From an uncultured Acidimicrobiales bacterium (GTDB taxonomy: Bacteria; Actinomycetota; Acidimicrobiia; Acidimicrobiales; SZUA-35): 64,000 bases of DNA. The translations under genes and the position numbers were made by a program. Shown in pieces: positions 1 through 9,855 of the stretch. The DNA lies in contig CALHFG010000015.1 in assembly GCA_938029215.1 (NCBI GenBank), forward strand, positions 14,393-78,392. The letters run 5' to 3'. A model generated the notes under the pieces. That model was not told the origin of the DNA and searched no databases. It was given only the letters and a program-made list of their open reading frames with translations. How positions within the stretch are numbered: position 1 is the stretch's first letter; the number at the start of each line of letters is the position of its first letter.

Positions 1-311
1 GCGTCCATCAATGCGGTCTTGCACCAGAAGCAGCGGTCTGAATCGTTGCGAAGGTAACGCTCGTCGTCGAATTCTTGCGTGGCCACGGCGGTCCAAGGAA
101 TGTCCCAGGTGTCGGTGAGCGATCGGCAGTGATCGGACTCGCCCTTGGCCAGGCTGGCCGAGTCTGCGGTAACCGCGTGGACGTTTTCTCGTCCCAGCGC
201 CTTTCGGGCGGCGACGGCGAGCAGGGCTGAATCGACCCCACCCGAAAACGCCACCACCATTCGGGGGTATGCAGCTACGGCTGAAAGGAGCGCCCGCTCA
301 CCTGAACTCAC
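1..311 (-). CDS. PP-loop ATP pyrophosphatase, LarE/TIGR00268-like (N-terminal part only; the gene continues past the window start)
   Basis: The reverse-strand translation reads VSSGERALLSAVAAYPRMVVAFSGGVDSALLAVAARKALGRENVHAVTADSASLAKGESDHCRSL...RNDSDRCFWCKTALMD. It has an SGGVDS PP-loop motif and a downstream CxxC, as in LarE-type enzymes. It is absent from the ORF track because it has no stop inside the window. The start is either GTG 311 or ATG 260. Confidence 0.55.
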   Translation of the reverse strand, partial: MSSGERALLSAVAAYPRMVVAFSGGVDSALLAVAARKALGRENVHAVTADSASLAKGESDHCRSLTDTWDIPWTAVATQEFDDERYLRNDSDRCFWCKTALMD

Positions 312-2664
312 TCGGAGTAGCGTACCGGTCCGATCCCGCCTCCTGAGAAGCCGTTGACACGATCGTCGGCGAACCGGTGACCGACGAGCGACTGGCACCG
401 TTTTTGGGGAGCTCAGCAAACACGCGGGTTCCACCGCTGATCGGCGAATTCAGTTCGCAGTTTCCCCCAACGGTTGCGGCGTACTCAAACAGCGAGCGCA
501 GTCCTAGGTGACCGCTCGTGCCGAGCTCGGACTCCAGATCGAACCCGATGCCGTCGTCGAGCACTTCGACGCGGTAGCAAGTATTTGTCTCCGTGAGTCG
601 AACAACCACCTCGCCTGCGCCTGAATGCAAGAGCGCATTCATCAGTGCCTCGCGCGCGATACCGAACGTCACGAGGCCAATTTGACCTGTGGGCGGGTCG
701 TCGGTGAGATCGTTGAATCGTACGCGATCTCGGTTAATCCCGATGCGGTCTAAGTAGTGTTCCAGCGCCTGGATGACTCGACCGCCGGATGCATCGGGCG
801 GCACGAGCGAGCCCACGATCTCTCGTAGCTCGATAATTGAATCTCCGACCACTTGCTCTAGATCAGCGAGTTCTTTGGACCGGTCCGGGTCGGCTCCCTG
901 CATGGCGCCGAGCTGTAGGCCAACGGCCGTCAGCATTTGGATGGGCGAACTGTGCAGCGCCTTGGCAAACCGTTCGCGCTCGGTTTGCTCAACCATAGTG
1001 AGTTCGTTTTCGATCTTGAGGCGGCGTCTCTCCGCCTCGCGTAGCTGGGTGATGTCGTTGCCGAGCACGAGCAGCGATCCGCCCCCGTCCGGCCGATGGA
1101 TTCTGGCGGCTCGCATCAGGATCCATCGGCGGCTGCCGTCGGGATGGACGTAGGTGAATTCGAACGGTTCCAGGTAAGGCTGCCGGAGGCGGCGGCGCAG
1201 GTCGATAGTTTCGGCCGTCTCGGGCAGGTGCGCGGAGAGCCGCTTGCCGATGACAGCATCTCGCGAAACACCTAGGCCGTCCGCCCAGTTCTGGTTGGCA
1301 TAGACAACGAGGTTGGTTCGGATATCGACCTCGGCGAGACCTTCGCCAAGGCTTTGAGCGATCGCCCGGTATCGGGCTGCCTGCCAGTCTCGTTCCCTTT
1401 CGAGAGCTTGAGCTTCGGTGATGTCGTTGGCAATGACGAGGGCACGCCAGCGCGTTACCCGGGCGACGTTCACGTTGAAGACCCGCGCTCCCATCTTCGA
1501 AAGGTTCACTCGAATCTGAAGCTCGCCTGCCTTGCCAACAAGAGCGTCGTCGATTGCCTGGTGGGCACGATCCAGGTCCCCGGGGTGTACGAAACTGCCG
1601 AGAGCGATGCCCTCGGGCATTTGAAGACCCTGCTCACGGTAGGGGCGCGGCAACATGAATCGCCGGGCCTTGTAGTTCCGGTCGATGGTGGCGCCGACGT
1701 GCGGGAGAGCGTCGATAATTGCCGACAGCTCGTTCTCGACGAATCGATTTTGCAGCGCAATGCCTGCGATCATCACCGTCACCATTGCGAGGACGGCGAG
1801 CCCTGACGCGAGCCCCAATTCGGAGATGGCAATATCAAGCGTCCCGACCTGTGTGGTGAGTTGGGCCGCTGACACAACTGCAACCATCGCAGCGGCCACG
1901 ACGAGCACGAGTCGTACATCCGCAATGGCGGCGGACAGGATGATCAGTGGCACGGCGATAAGCAAGAAGGCCACTGAGCCGCTGGTGACCGCCAGAATCG
2001 TCGCTATGCCTGCTCCGGCCAAACTGACACAGCCCGACAGCCGGGTCCAGTAGTTGGCCGAATGCCACGGACGGAGTTGAAGCACCGCCACAACCAACGA
2101 CGAGACCAGGACGATGCCCGAGAAGTTCGCAACGGTCCAGACGACGCAATCGGTCCAGAGCGACGGGCCCCCGATTGCCCAACACGCCACCGGAGCTCCT
2201 GCGGCAGCGGCGATGAACGCAGCACCGCAGAACGTCGCGGTGCGGACGGCGGGCCGATGCCAGTAGTTGGCCTCGATCCACACCGTTAGGACGACGGCGA
2301 CCAAGGTGGTGATCAATCGAGCAGCGACGAACGGAACCCCGTCGATCAACGATTCCTCGCGTAGCTGGCGCACGGCAACCTCGGTGAGGACCACCATGGA
2401 AAACACCGGCGCCAGTGCCTTGCGTCCCAAGACGATCGACAGGGCAACAGGCACTCCCGCAGCTGGAACGAACGTTGCGGATCCTTGCGGTGGCTCAAGC
2501 CACCGAGCCGAAACCGCTAAGAGGATGACATATCCGATTGAGAAAGCCACGGTCCATTTGATTGGGGAGCCGGTGAACTGCCATCGGCGGATCGGCCGCG
2601 ACGCGTTGAGATCGATGAGTGATTCGATCTCGCGTTCCCTCGGGGGAGGGAAGTGCCGTGCCAT
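298..2664 (-). CDS. membrane-bound PAS sensor histidine kinase (HisKA_3 / NarL-partner class)
   Basis: The track ORF is 298..2724. It has a long polytopic hydrophobic N-terminal half and PAS-like segments. The H-box is ERERFAKALHSSPIQ. HATPase_c motifs are EALMNALLHSGAG, DDGIGF and GHLGLRSL...GG. ATG 2664 avoids a divergent overlap with folE. No response regulator lies adjacent. Confidence 0.8.
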   Translation of the reverse strand: MARHFPPPREREIESLIDLNASRPIRRWQFTGSPIKWTVAFSIGYVILLAVSARWLEPPQGSATFVPAAGVPVALSIVLGRKALAPVFSMVVLTEVAVRQLREESLIDGVPFVAARLITTLVAVVLTVWIEANYWHRPAVRTATFCGAAFIAAAAGAPVACWAIGGPSLWTDCVVWTVANFSGIVLVSSLVVAVLQLRPWHSANYWTRLSGCVSLAGAGIATILAVTSGSVAFLLIAVPLIILSAAIADVRLVLVVAAAMVAVVSAAQLTTQVGTLDIAISELGLASGLAVLAMVTVMIAGIALQNRFVENELSAIIDALPHVGATIDRNYKARRFMLPRPYREQGLQMPEGIALGSFVHPGDLDRAHQAIDDALVGKAGELQIRVNLSKMGARVFNVNVARVTRWRALVIANDITEAQALERERDWQAARYRAIAQSLGEGLAEVDIRTNLVVYANQNWADGLGVSRDAVIGKRLSAHLPETAETIDLRRRLRQPYLEPFEFTYVHPDGSRRWILMRAARIHRPDGGGSLLVLGNDITQLREAERRRLKIENELTMVEQTERERFAKALHSSPIQMLTAVGLQLGAMQGADPDRSKELADLEQVVGDSIIELREIVGSLVPPDASGGRVIQALEHYLDRIGINRDRVRFNDLTDDPPTGQIGLVTFGIAREALMNALLHSGAGEVVVRLTETNTCYRVEVLDDGIGFDLESELGTSGHLGLRSLFEYAATVGGNCELNSPISGGTRVFAELPKNGASRSSVTGSPTIVSTASQEAGSDRYATPSEFR

Positions 2665-2680
2665 AACTACATACTGACGT

Positions 2681-3268
2681 GTGGCCAGTGATTCAGCTAG
2701 TACAGGAGTAGATATCGACCGCATCCAGGCGGCGGTTCGGGAGATTCTTATTGCGGTCGGGGAAGATCCTGATCGAGATGGTCTGTTGGAGACCCCAAGG
2801 CGGGTTGCAAAGGCCTATAACGAGATCCTCGGCGGATACCAGGAAGACCCTGGCAAACACCTGGACAAACAGTTCGATGTTGACCACAACGAACTCGTGA
2901 TCGTCAAAGACATCCCATTTGCCTCGTTGTGTGAGCATCACATGTTGCCCTTCATTGGGCGGGCACATGTGGCCTACATCCCCAGCGAGGGGGGCAAGGT
3001 TTGTGGACTCTCGAAACTCTCACGATTGGTCGATGGATTCGCTCGACGGTTGCAGGTCCAGGAGCGTCTCAATATGCAGGTAGCTGACGCATTGATGGAT
3101 CGGCTTGGTGCTGATGGGGCCATGGTCGTTATCGAGGCTGAACATCTCTGTATGTCGATGCGGGGCGTGCGAAAGCCGGGGGCGATGACTACGACGTCGG
3201 CTGTGCGTGGGTGCTTGAAGGACAGTGCTGCTTCGAGAGCTGAAGCCCTCAGCCTTATCCGCACCTAA
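2681..3268 (+). CDS. folE: GTP cyclohydrolase I (type 1)
   Basis: The protein is 195 aa with a GTG start. It has typical FolE blocks: [31 protein letters not shown] and QVQERL. Confidence 0.9.
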   Translation: MASDSASTGVDIDRIQAAVREILIAVGEDPDRDGLLETPRRVAKAYNEILGGYQEDPGKHLDKQFDVDHNELVIVKDIPFASLCEHHMLPFIGRAHVAYIPSEGGKVCGLSKLSRLVDGFARRLQVQERLNMQVADALMDRLGADGAMVVIEAEHLCMSMRGVRKPGAMTTTSAVRGCLKDSAASRAEALSLIRT

Positions 3269-3327
3269 CCGCTAGGGCACTTTCGCGTAGCGCCTGCTAT
3301 CTTCAAGCCACGGCCCCTGGGTCTCAA

Positions 3328-3398
3328 GCGGGTGTAGTTCAATGGTAGAACGCAACCTTCCCAAGGTTGATACGCGGGTTCGATTCCCGTCACCCGCT
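3328..3398 (+). tRNA. tRNA-Gly (anticodon CCC)
   Basis: Cloverleaf read by eye: acceptor GCGGGTG/CACCCGC, D-arm GTTC-AATGGTA-GAAC, anticodon stem CAACC/GGTTG with loop TTCCCAA, and a GGGTTCGATTCCC T-arm. No encoded CCA. Confidence 0.9.
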
Positions 3399-3465
3399 CT
3401 TGCTGGATTCTGGGCATCTCGTGAGCCGACGAGGCCCATTCAGAGACCTCGTGCCATACTGGCCC

Positions 3466-4050
3466 ATGGTCGCTCCCACGATTCGGATGACGCAACGATC
3501 CGACGCCGTGCTCGAGGCAGCCGGGGTCACCAGCGCTGCGGTTGTCGCGATCCGGGTGCGCGAGGTCGGCGACGACCTTGCCGGGGAGAAATGGCGCTTC
3601 TGGCTCTCCAACATGCTTTCGTGGTTTCCGTTGGTTGGAATCGCCGCCGAGCGAGGGCTCAATGCTCTCTTTGGTGATCCAACCAATAGCGAAGCAGCCC
3701 TTGTCATGACCGCCGACGGGGGCCGATACTTGTTGCAACTCGGCGGCTGGGGGCGGTCTCGGCCGGTGGCCCTTATGCATACCTTTTCTCACGGCGCGCC
3801 GCTGATGCCCGACAAACAGCTGGAGGCGTCGTTCTTCTGCCAAGTGATGGTCGATGGCCGTCGCTACATCGTCAATTCGATCGACTTCAAGTACTTGGTC
3901 AAGATGATCTTTCGGGGCGAGGTATATGCACCAGAAATGAAGAACGGCCTCGGCGACTACTGGAGAGCCTCCAAATGGGTGGTCCAGGAGGATCCCGATC
4001 AGGTGGTCGAAGCGCTGAGCGGTACTTACGGACCGCACCGCAAACAGTAG
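3466..4050 (+). CDS. hypothetical protein (no recognisable motif)
   Basis: The track ORF 3367..4050 overlaps the tRNA, so the start must be downstream (GTG 3421, ATG 3466 or ATG 3487). Composition looks coding-like, but I recognise no family. Confidence 0.4.
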   Translation: MVAPTIRMTQRSDAVLEAAGVTSAAVVAIRVREVGDDLAGEKWRFWLSNMLSWFPLVGIAAERGLNALFGDPTNSEAALVMTADGGRYLLQLGGWGRSRPVALMHTFSHGAPLMPDKQLEASFFCQVMVDGRRYIVNSIDFKYLVKMIFRGEVYAPEMKNGLGDYWRASKWVVQEDPDQVVEALSGTYGPHRKQ

Positions 4051-4122
4051 GGAGCTCGGTTTAGCCGTCTCGGGACCTATCGCGGCTGGTGGTTGATGGG
4101 GTACGGAACCGGACTCTCTTGG

Positions 4123-4770
4123 CTAGATCGCAAGTAGCGTTTCGCCTGATAGGGCCCGTTTTGCCATAACTGCGAGAACTACCCAGTAGCCATCAGATCC
4201 TTCCACGAGGTCGCGTTGGCTGATCGATTGGTGCGAGGGCTTGGTGGGCGCTGCTGATGATGTGGTTGAGCAGGTCGCCATTGCAGTGGGGTCAGAGAGA
4301 ATGGTGAGGAAGTCGTCCGCGGTGATCTCGACGAGGCCGTCGACCTCCGTAGCTGGAGGGCGATAGTCGGTGAGCGGACGGTCGTCCAGAACGAAGAAAA
4401 GGTGGACCATTTCGCGGTTCCTTCCCTCGCCGTTGTCGTCGGCCAACAGGCGCGTCCCAAGGCTGATGAGCACGTCCGGTGCGATGGGGACTCCCAACTC
4501 TTCTTCGTATTCGCGCAGGCCCTGCAGTGGTGTCTCACCCGATGCGAGGTGGCCGGTCACGCTGAGGTCGAGAAGGCCAGGAAAGGCCATCTTTGTTTGA
4601 GCTCGCCGCTGAAGCACGATCGTGCCCTCCTTAGGTCGGAGGACGAGGCAATGAAAGACCTGATGCCAGTGACCCTCAGCGTGGATCGTCGTTCGATCGG
4701 CGTGTCCGGTGATCTCGCCGGTGGCGGGACTGATGATGTCGATGGGTTCGGGGCCGTTGGATTCGGTCAC
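4123..4770 (-). CDS. NUDIX hydrolase (Idi-like subgroup)
   Basis: The Nudix box GHLASGETPLQGLREYEEELGV fits GX5EX7REUXEEXGU. The upstream HWHQVFHCLVL block is typical of the COG1443-like group. GTG start. Confidence 0.8.
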   Translation of the reverse strand: MTESNGPEPIDIISPATGEITGHADRTTIHAEGHWHQVFHCLVLRPKEGTIVLQRRAQTKMAFPGLLDLSVTGHLASGETPLQGLREYEEELGVPIAPDVLISLGTRLLADDNGEGRNREMVHLFFVLDDRPLTDYRPPATEVDGLVEITADDFLTILSDPTAMATCSTTSSAAPTKPSHQSISQRDLVEGSDGYWVVLAVMAKRALSGETLLAI

Positions 4771-4814
4771 CCGTTCAGCCTAATGTCCTCCGTGCCACCC
4801 CCTTCTTGCCAAGG

Positions 4815-4828
4815 CGAACATATGTTCG
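4815..4828. promoter_or_regulatory. candidate LexA (SOS) operator
   Basis: CGAACATATGTTCG is a perfect 14-bp palindrome. It matches the Gram-positive/actinobacterial GAAC-N4-GTTC core. It lies 18 nt upstream of the dnaE2 start, in the divergent Nudix/dnaE2 intergenic region. Confidence 0.6.
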
Positions 4829-4845
4829 GTATGGTGTTCGGTCCT

Positions 4846-7800
4846 ATGGGATGGATGAACCCACCGATGCCGTGGAAGGAGATTGAGCGCACACTCTCTG
4901 ACCGGCCCGCGCCAGCGACCGCAACTCCAAAGAAGAAGTCTGACTTTCCCGAGTGGGCCAACGGCGGCGACAGTCCCGCGTGGGGTCGCAAGCGAAGCAG
5001 CTATGAATCTTCGACAACGAGAACCAAAGGTGCCACCCCATATGCGGAGCTTCATTGCCATTCAAGCTTCAGCTTTCTCGACGGAGCATCTGACCCTGAG
5101 GCACTGGTGGAAGAAGCTGCCCGTCTGGGTCTGGAGGCATTGGCGATCACCGATCATGACGGGTTCTATGCCGTACCTCGTTTCGCCGAAGCGGCCCGAG
5201 CGGTTGGACTTCCAACGGTGTTTGGAGCCGAATTAAGCCTCGGTGTCGAACGACCAAAGAAGTCAGGGGTCATTCCCGAGCCTGATCCCCACGGATCTCA
5301 CCTTCTTTTGTTGGCGAAAGATCCATTGGGTTATGCCGCGCTCGCCCGAGTGATCAGCGAGTCTCAGTTGGCCGGTGAGAAGCGTGCTCCAAACATGACA
5401 TTTTCGGATGTGGACCGGTGGCTCAAGCCAGGTGAAGCTCGCCACTTGATGGCCCTCACCGGGTGTCGAAAGGGCACTGTTCGCTCGGCTTTGGAAGCCG
5501 AGGGTCCTGCGGCGGCCGACCGTGAGCTGGAGCACTTAGTAAACCTCTTTGGTGTCGATGGTGTGGCAGTGGAGCTTTGGGATCACGGCTCACCTCTCGA
5601 CTCCGCCCGAAACGACGCGTTGGTGCAATTGGCGGGTCGGAGAAACCTGCCGGTCATCGCAAGCAACAACGTTCACTATGCGACACCAGCAAAGCATCGG
5701 CTCGCATCGGCAATGGCCGCGGTTCGGGCCAGGACGTCGCTCGATGATATGGCTGGATGGCTACCCCCCTCTGCTGGGGCGCACCTTCGATCTGGTGCAG
5801 AGCAAGCCCGGCGTTTTAGTCGTTACCCAGGATCGGTTGCGATGGCTGCAGAACTCGGGTTGGAGTGTGCATTTGACCTTGCACTCGTTGCGCCGAAACT
5901 CCCTCCGTACGACACCCCCCAAGGCATGGACGAGATGGCCTTTCTTCGCCACCTGGTGGAAGAAGCCGGGGTGCTTCGGTATGGGCCACGGGGAGGAGAG
6001 TACGTGGAGGGTGCATGGGCGCAGCTCGACCATGAACTCGACCTCATCGAACATCTCGGATTTCCGGGCTACTTCTTGGTCGTCTGGGACATCGTCGAGT
6101 TTTGTCGCAAAAGCGACATTCTCTGCCAAGGTCGGGGGAGTGCGGCCAATTCGGCTGTTTGCTATGTCCTTGGCATAACCAAAGCAGACGCCGTGAGCCT
6201 CGGGTTGCTCTTCGAGCGGTTTCTGGCCCCAGAACGGGACGGTCCACCCGACATCGATCTCGATATTGAATCAGATCGGCGTGAAGAGGCGATCCAGTAT
6301 GTGTATGAAAAGCATGGACGACGCCATGCAGCTCAGGTTGCGAATGTGATCACCTACCGTTCTCGATCTGCGGTTCGGGATGCGGCCAAAGCACTGGGGT
6401 ATGCGCAAGGTCAACAGGATGCGTTTAGCAAAAGTATCGACGCGTGGACCGGCATCAAGAGTCAGGTAAAGGCCGAGCGAGCTTCGGCTGGCGCTCCCGT
6501 GGTGCCCCGTCGAGAAAAGTCCAGTCACGGCTACAGCCATGGCCCGGCCAATGAGCCAAAAAGGCAAAACGATCGTCTGGAGTTGCCAAGCGATGTCATC
6601 GAGCTTGCAATGGAGTTTGAGGACTTGCCGCGTCATCTCGGTATCCATTCCGGCGGCATGGTCATGTGCGATCGTCCGGTGATCGAGGTGTGTCCGGTCG
6701 AATGGGGTCGGATGCAGGACAGGACTGTGCTGCAGTGGGATAAGGAAGACTGCGCAATCGCCGGATTGGTAAAATTTGATCTCCTTGGCCTCGGAATGTT
6801 GAGTGCGCTGCATTACGCCGTCGACCTCATCGAGGAACATCACGGCACCCGCATCGACCTCGCTGCACTTCCTCAAGAGGACGAGGTCTATGAGATGTTG
6901 TGCCGAGCCGACTCCGTCGGTGTGTTTCAGATCGAATCCCGAGCTCAGATGAGCACCCTGCCTCGTCTCAAGCCAAGAAACTTCTACGACTTGGTCGTTG
7001 AGATAGCCCTGATTCGTCCGGGACCGATTCAGGGCGGTTCAGTCCATCCATATATCCGCAGGCGCAACGGTGACGAGCCGGTCACTTACCTTCACCCTCT
7101 CCTGAAACCTGCGTTGGAGAAGACGCTGGGTATTCCATTGTTCCAAGAGCAGTTGATGCAGATGGCGATCGATGTCTCCGGCTTCACCCCCTCCGAAGCA
7201 GATGAGTTGCGGCGAGCCATGGGTTCCAAGCGGAGTGTGGCTCGTATGACTCGGTTGAAGGAGCGGCTCTGTGAAGGAATGGCCGCAAAGGGAGTAGAAC
7301 CGGACATTCAGGAACAGATCTGGGTGAAGCTGGTGGCGTTTGCCAACTATGGCTTTCCTGAGAGCCACTCGATCTCGTTCGCCTACTTGGTGTACTCCTC
7401 CAGTTGGATCAAGCTTCACTATCCTGCGGCGTTTTGTGCTGCGCTTCTCAACGCCCAACCAATGGGGTTCTATTCACCTCACTCGCTTGTTCAGGACGCT
7501 CGGCGTCACGGTGTTCCGACCCTTTCACCCGATGTGAATGAGTCAGGAGCTGATTCGGATCTGTGTGCCTCTCGTGAGTCTGTGTCTCCTCCCAAACATC
7601 TTTCCGATCTTGGGAGAGGAACGTGGGAGCATCAGTGGGATCATGGCTTCGCAGTCCGGCTCGGGATGTCTTCGGTTCGCGGAATTGGAGACGACCTTGC
7701 CGAGACGATTGCAACGAACCGGCCGTACCGGTCGATCGAAGAGGTGGCTCGAAAGTCAGGAGCTACCAAGGAACAAATGGAAGCGATGGCTACCGCAGGC

Positions 7801-8352
7801 TGCTTTGATTCACTTGGTTCCGACCGTCGTCAAGCTCTCTGGACCGCTGGAGCGGTTGCTGCGGCAAGCCGTCCGGGAACACTTCCTGGAATCGTTACCG
7901 GTGTGTATGCCCCAAAGCTGCCTGGCATGGAAGATCAAGAAGAGGCCCTCGCTGACCTGTGGGCAACCGGGATTGCTCCCGAAGGGCATCCGACGATCTT
8001 TGTTCGAGATGACCTGAACTCAATGGGTGCCCTCCGGGCGATTGACCTGCCGAAAATGGCACAGGGCAAGAAGGTCATGATCGGGGGAGTGGTAACCCAT
8101 CGTCAACGTCCAGCAACTGCATCGGGCGTCACCTTTATGAGTCTCGAGGACGAGACTGGTTTGATGAACGTTGTGATTAGCGTCGGCTGCTGGGCGCGGT
8201 ACCGGAGGGTGGCTCGCAACCATCCAGCACTGCTGGTCCGGGGACGACTGGAACGAACCGAAACTGGCGGAACACCGGTGGTAAACGTTGTGGCCGAACG
8301 ACTGGATCCGTTGATACTTGGCAGCAAGTCCATGTCGAGAGACTTTCGTTAG
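4846..8352 (+). CDS. dnaE2: error-prone DNA polymerase III alpha-like subunit DnaE2
   Basis: The N-terminus MGWMNPPMPWKEIERTLS resembles mycobacterial DnaE2 starts. The PHP motif is YAELHCHSSFSFLDGAS. Pol III alpha palm/fingers blocks and a C-terminal OB fold are present. The track ORF start (4402) is an antisense over-extension into the Nudix gene. Confidence 0.9.
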   Translation: MGWMNPPMPWKEIERTLSDRPAPATATPKKKSDFPEWANGGDSPAWGRKRSSYESSTTRTKGATPYAELHCHSSFSFLDGASDPEALVEEAARLGLEALAITDHDGFYAVPRFAEAARAVGLPTVFGAELSLGVERPKKSGVIPEPDPHGSHLLLLAKDPLGYAALARVISESQLAGEKRAPNMTFSDVDRWLKPGEARHLMALTGCRKGTVRSALEAEGPAAADRELEHLVNLFGVDGVAVELWDHGSPLDSARNDALVQLAGRRNLPVIASNNVHYATPAKHRLASAMAAVRARTSLDDMAGWLPPSAGAHLRSGAEQARRFSRYPGSVAMAAELGLECAFDLALVAPKLPPYDTPQGMDEMAFLRHLVEEAGVLRYGPRGGEYVEGAWAQLDHELDLIEHLGFPGYFLVVWDIVEFCRKSDILCQGRGSAANSAVCYVLGITKADAVSLGLLFERFLAPERDGPPDIDLDIESDRREEAIQYVYEKHGRRHAAQVANVITYRSRSAVRDAAKALGYAQGQQDAFSKSIDAWTGIKSQVKAERASAGAPVVPRREKSSHGYSHGPANEPKRQNDRLELPSDVIELAMEFEDLPRHLGIHSGGMVMCDRPVIEVCPVEWGRMQDRTVLQWDKEDCAIAGLVKFDLLGLGMLSALHYAVDLIEEHHGTRIDLAALPQEDEVYEMLCRADSVGVFQIESRAQMSTLPRLKPRNFYDLVVEIALIRPGPIQGGSVHPYIRRRNGDEPVTYLHPLLKPALEKTLGIPLFQEQLMQMAIDVSGFTPSEADELRRAMGSKRSVARMTRLKERLCEGMAAKGVEPDIQEQIWVKLVAFANYGFPESHSISFAYLVYSSSWIKLHYPAAFCAALLNAQPMGFYSPHSLVQDARRHGVPTLSPDVNESGADSDLCASRESVSPPKHLSDLGRGTWEHQWDHGFAVRLGMSSVRGIGDDLAETIATNRPYRSIEEVARKSGATKEQMEAMATAGCFDSLGSDRRQALWTAGAVAAASRPGTLPGIVTGVYAPKLPGMEDQEEALADLWATGIAPEGHPTIFVRDDLNSMGALRAIDLPKMAQGKKVMIGGVVTHRQRPATASGVTFMSLEDETGLMNVVISVGCWARYRRVARNHPALLVRGRLERTETGGTPVVNVVAERLDPLILGSKSMSRDFR

Positions 8353-8391
8353 CAGCGCCCCGCGGCCACGAATCAGCGGCAGACTACGTCG

Positions 8392-9570
8392 GTGAAACGC
8401 TCCACGATCCCGCTCACCGTGGTGATGGTGGTGGCGATGGTGGTTTCCACCTTTCAGTTATTCACCATCGCTGTCTTGGCGTCAGACATTATCGAAGAGT
8501 TCAGTCTCTCCCGCGGCGACATTGGCTGGCTCGGTGCGGCGAACACCGGCGTTGGAGCGGTCCTCGCGCCACGACTAGGGCGACTGACCGACTATCTCGG
8601 ACCCAAGCTGAGCACCGTGCTGGTCTTTGCAACAAGCGGCGTAGGAATCGCTCTCACCGGCGCAGCCAGTTCATTCCTGATGCTCATCATCGCCTCATTC
8701 ATCTGTGGCATTCCGCAGGGCTGGAGCAACTCGGCTACCAACAAGCTCATTGCCGTTCGGCTGAACGCCGACGAGCGCGGGCTCGTCATCGGCTTTAAGC
8801 AGTCCGGAGTTCAGTTGGCCATCTTCCTCGCAGGACTTGGCATGCCCGCGTTTGGGGCCAACTGGCAGTCGGGTCTGGTGGGAATCGGGTTCGCTTGCAT
8901 CGTCGCTGGCGGAATTGCATGGATAATGCTCGGGGCTGACACTCATCGGCGACCAGCACCGGTCGCGTCCGATGACGGGATCGTCTCCAAAGAGCCGTTG
9001 CCGGCGTTCGTCTATCAGGTCACTGCCTATGCTTTGCTGCTCGGACTGGCGGCCGGCGGGATAGGGCGGTTTCTTCCGCTCTTTGCCAATGAACGACTTG
9101 GGTTCTCTGTCGCCGCAGCTGGAGCTGTTGTGGCATTTCAAGGAATCGTCGGAATCCTCGCCAGATTGATCTGGGGACGTGCTGCGGAGTCTTCGATTCC
9201 GTTGCGTCGGTCGCTCTTCGTGATGGCGATCGGCGGAACCTGCGCCATTGGCATGTTGCTCGCCGCCGAGACGGTGGGAGGCTGGATTTTGTACCCACTG
9301 GCCGTACTTCAGGCGTTTACGCTTTCTGCCTGGAACGTTGTGGCCAACCTGGCGATGATCAAGAGCGTCCCAAGCCAGCTGTCAGGTCGAGCCACCGGAG
9401 TCATGATGTTGGCGTTTCTCGCTGGTCTGACCATTTCCAGTCCGCTGGTTGGTTGGATCATCGATGCCACCGGCAGCTATCAGATTGCATGGTGGACGAT
9501 GTTGGTCTTTGCGGTGCTCGGAGCCGGCTCGGTTGGACGCGAGATCCCCGCACGGCGGAGCTCGCGCTAG
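8392..9570 (+). CDS. MFS transporter
   Basis: The protein is 392 aa, with about 12 hydrophobic helices in two 6-helix halves. An MFS-like loop motif (GRLTDYLGPK) lies after TM2. Confidence 0.8.
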   Translation: MKRSTIPLTVVMVVAMVVSTFQLFTIAVLASDIIEEFSLSRGDIGWLGAANTGVGAVLAPRLGRLTDYLGPKLSTVLVFATSGVGIALTGAASSFLMLIIASFICGIPQGWSNSATNKLIAVRLNADERGLVIGFKQSGVQLAIFLAGLGMPAFGANWQSGLVGIGFACIVAGGIAWIMLGADTHRRPAPVASDDGIVSKEPLPAFVYQVTAYALLLGLAAGGIGRFLPLFANERLGFSVAAAGAVVAFQGIVGILARLIWGRAAESSIPLRRSLFVMAIGGTCAIGMLLAAETVGGWILYPLAVLQAFTLSAWNVVANLAMIKSVPSQLSGRATGVMMLAFLAGLTISSPLVGWIIDATGSYQIAWWTMLVFAVLGAGSVGREIPARRSSR

Positions 9571-9579
9571 CGTGACTCT

Positions 9580-9825
9580 ATGGGTTTTGTACGAAACAGG
9601 CTGGCCGGCCGGTTCCCGGTTCTCACACGAATGGGGGATGTCGTGTTGGTTGCCGGCGTGGCTCTTCGGTTTGCGAATCGGAGAGGTCTTATAAGCGACG
9701 ACATGGCCGCCAAATTCGGAGCGCCGTCAAGCAGCGGTGGGTCTGGTCTGTCGGTCAGCGAGATGGCGTTGGCCGGGGCCGCGGCATTACGTCTGCTCAA
9801 GGGTGCTCAGAAGCGACGCACCTAG
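9580..9825 (+). CDS. small hypothetical protein (81 aa, one hydrophobic segment)
   Basis: An ATG ORF starts 10 nt after the MFS stop. I recognise no motif. Confidence 0.35.
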   Translation: MGFVRNRLAGRFPVLTRMGDVVLVAGVALRFANRRGLISDDMAAKFGAPSSSGGSGLSVSEMALAGAAALRLLKGAQKRRT

Positions 9826-9855
9826 GTTCCTTCGTTCGGCAAACGTGCCAACGCG

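Noticed and set aside
3265-4038. 257-aa minus-strand ORF
   Set aside because: It runs antisense through tRNA-Gly and the more plausible plus-strand ORF. This is a typical high-GC antisense artefact.
4402-4845. N-terminal 148 codons of the track's 1316-aa dnaE2 ORF
   Set aside because: This part is antisense to the Nudix gene and spans the SOS box. The conserved DnaE2 N-terminus (MGW...) begins at 4846.
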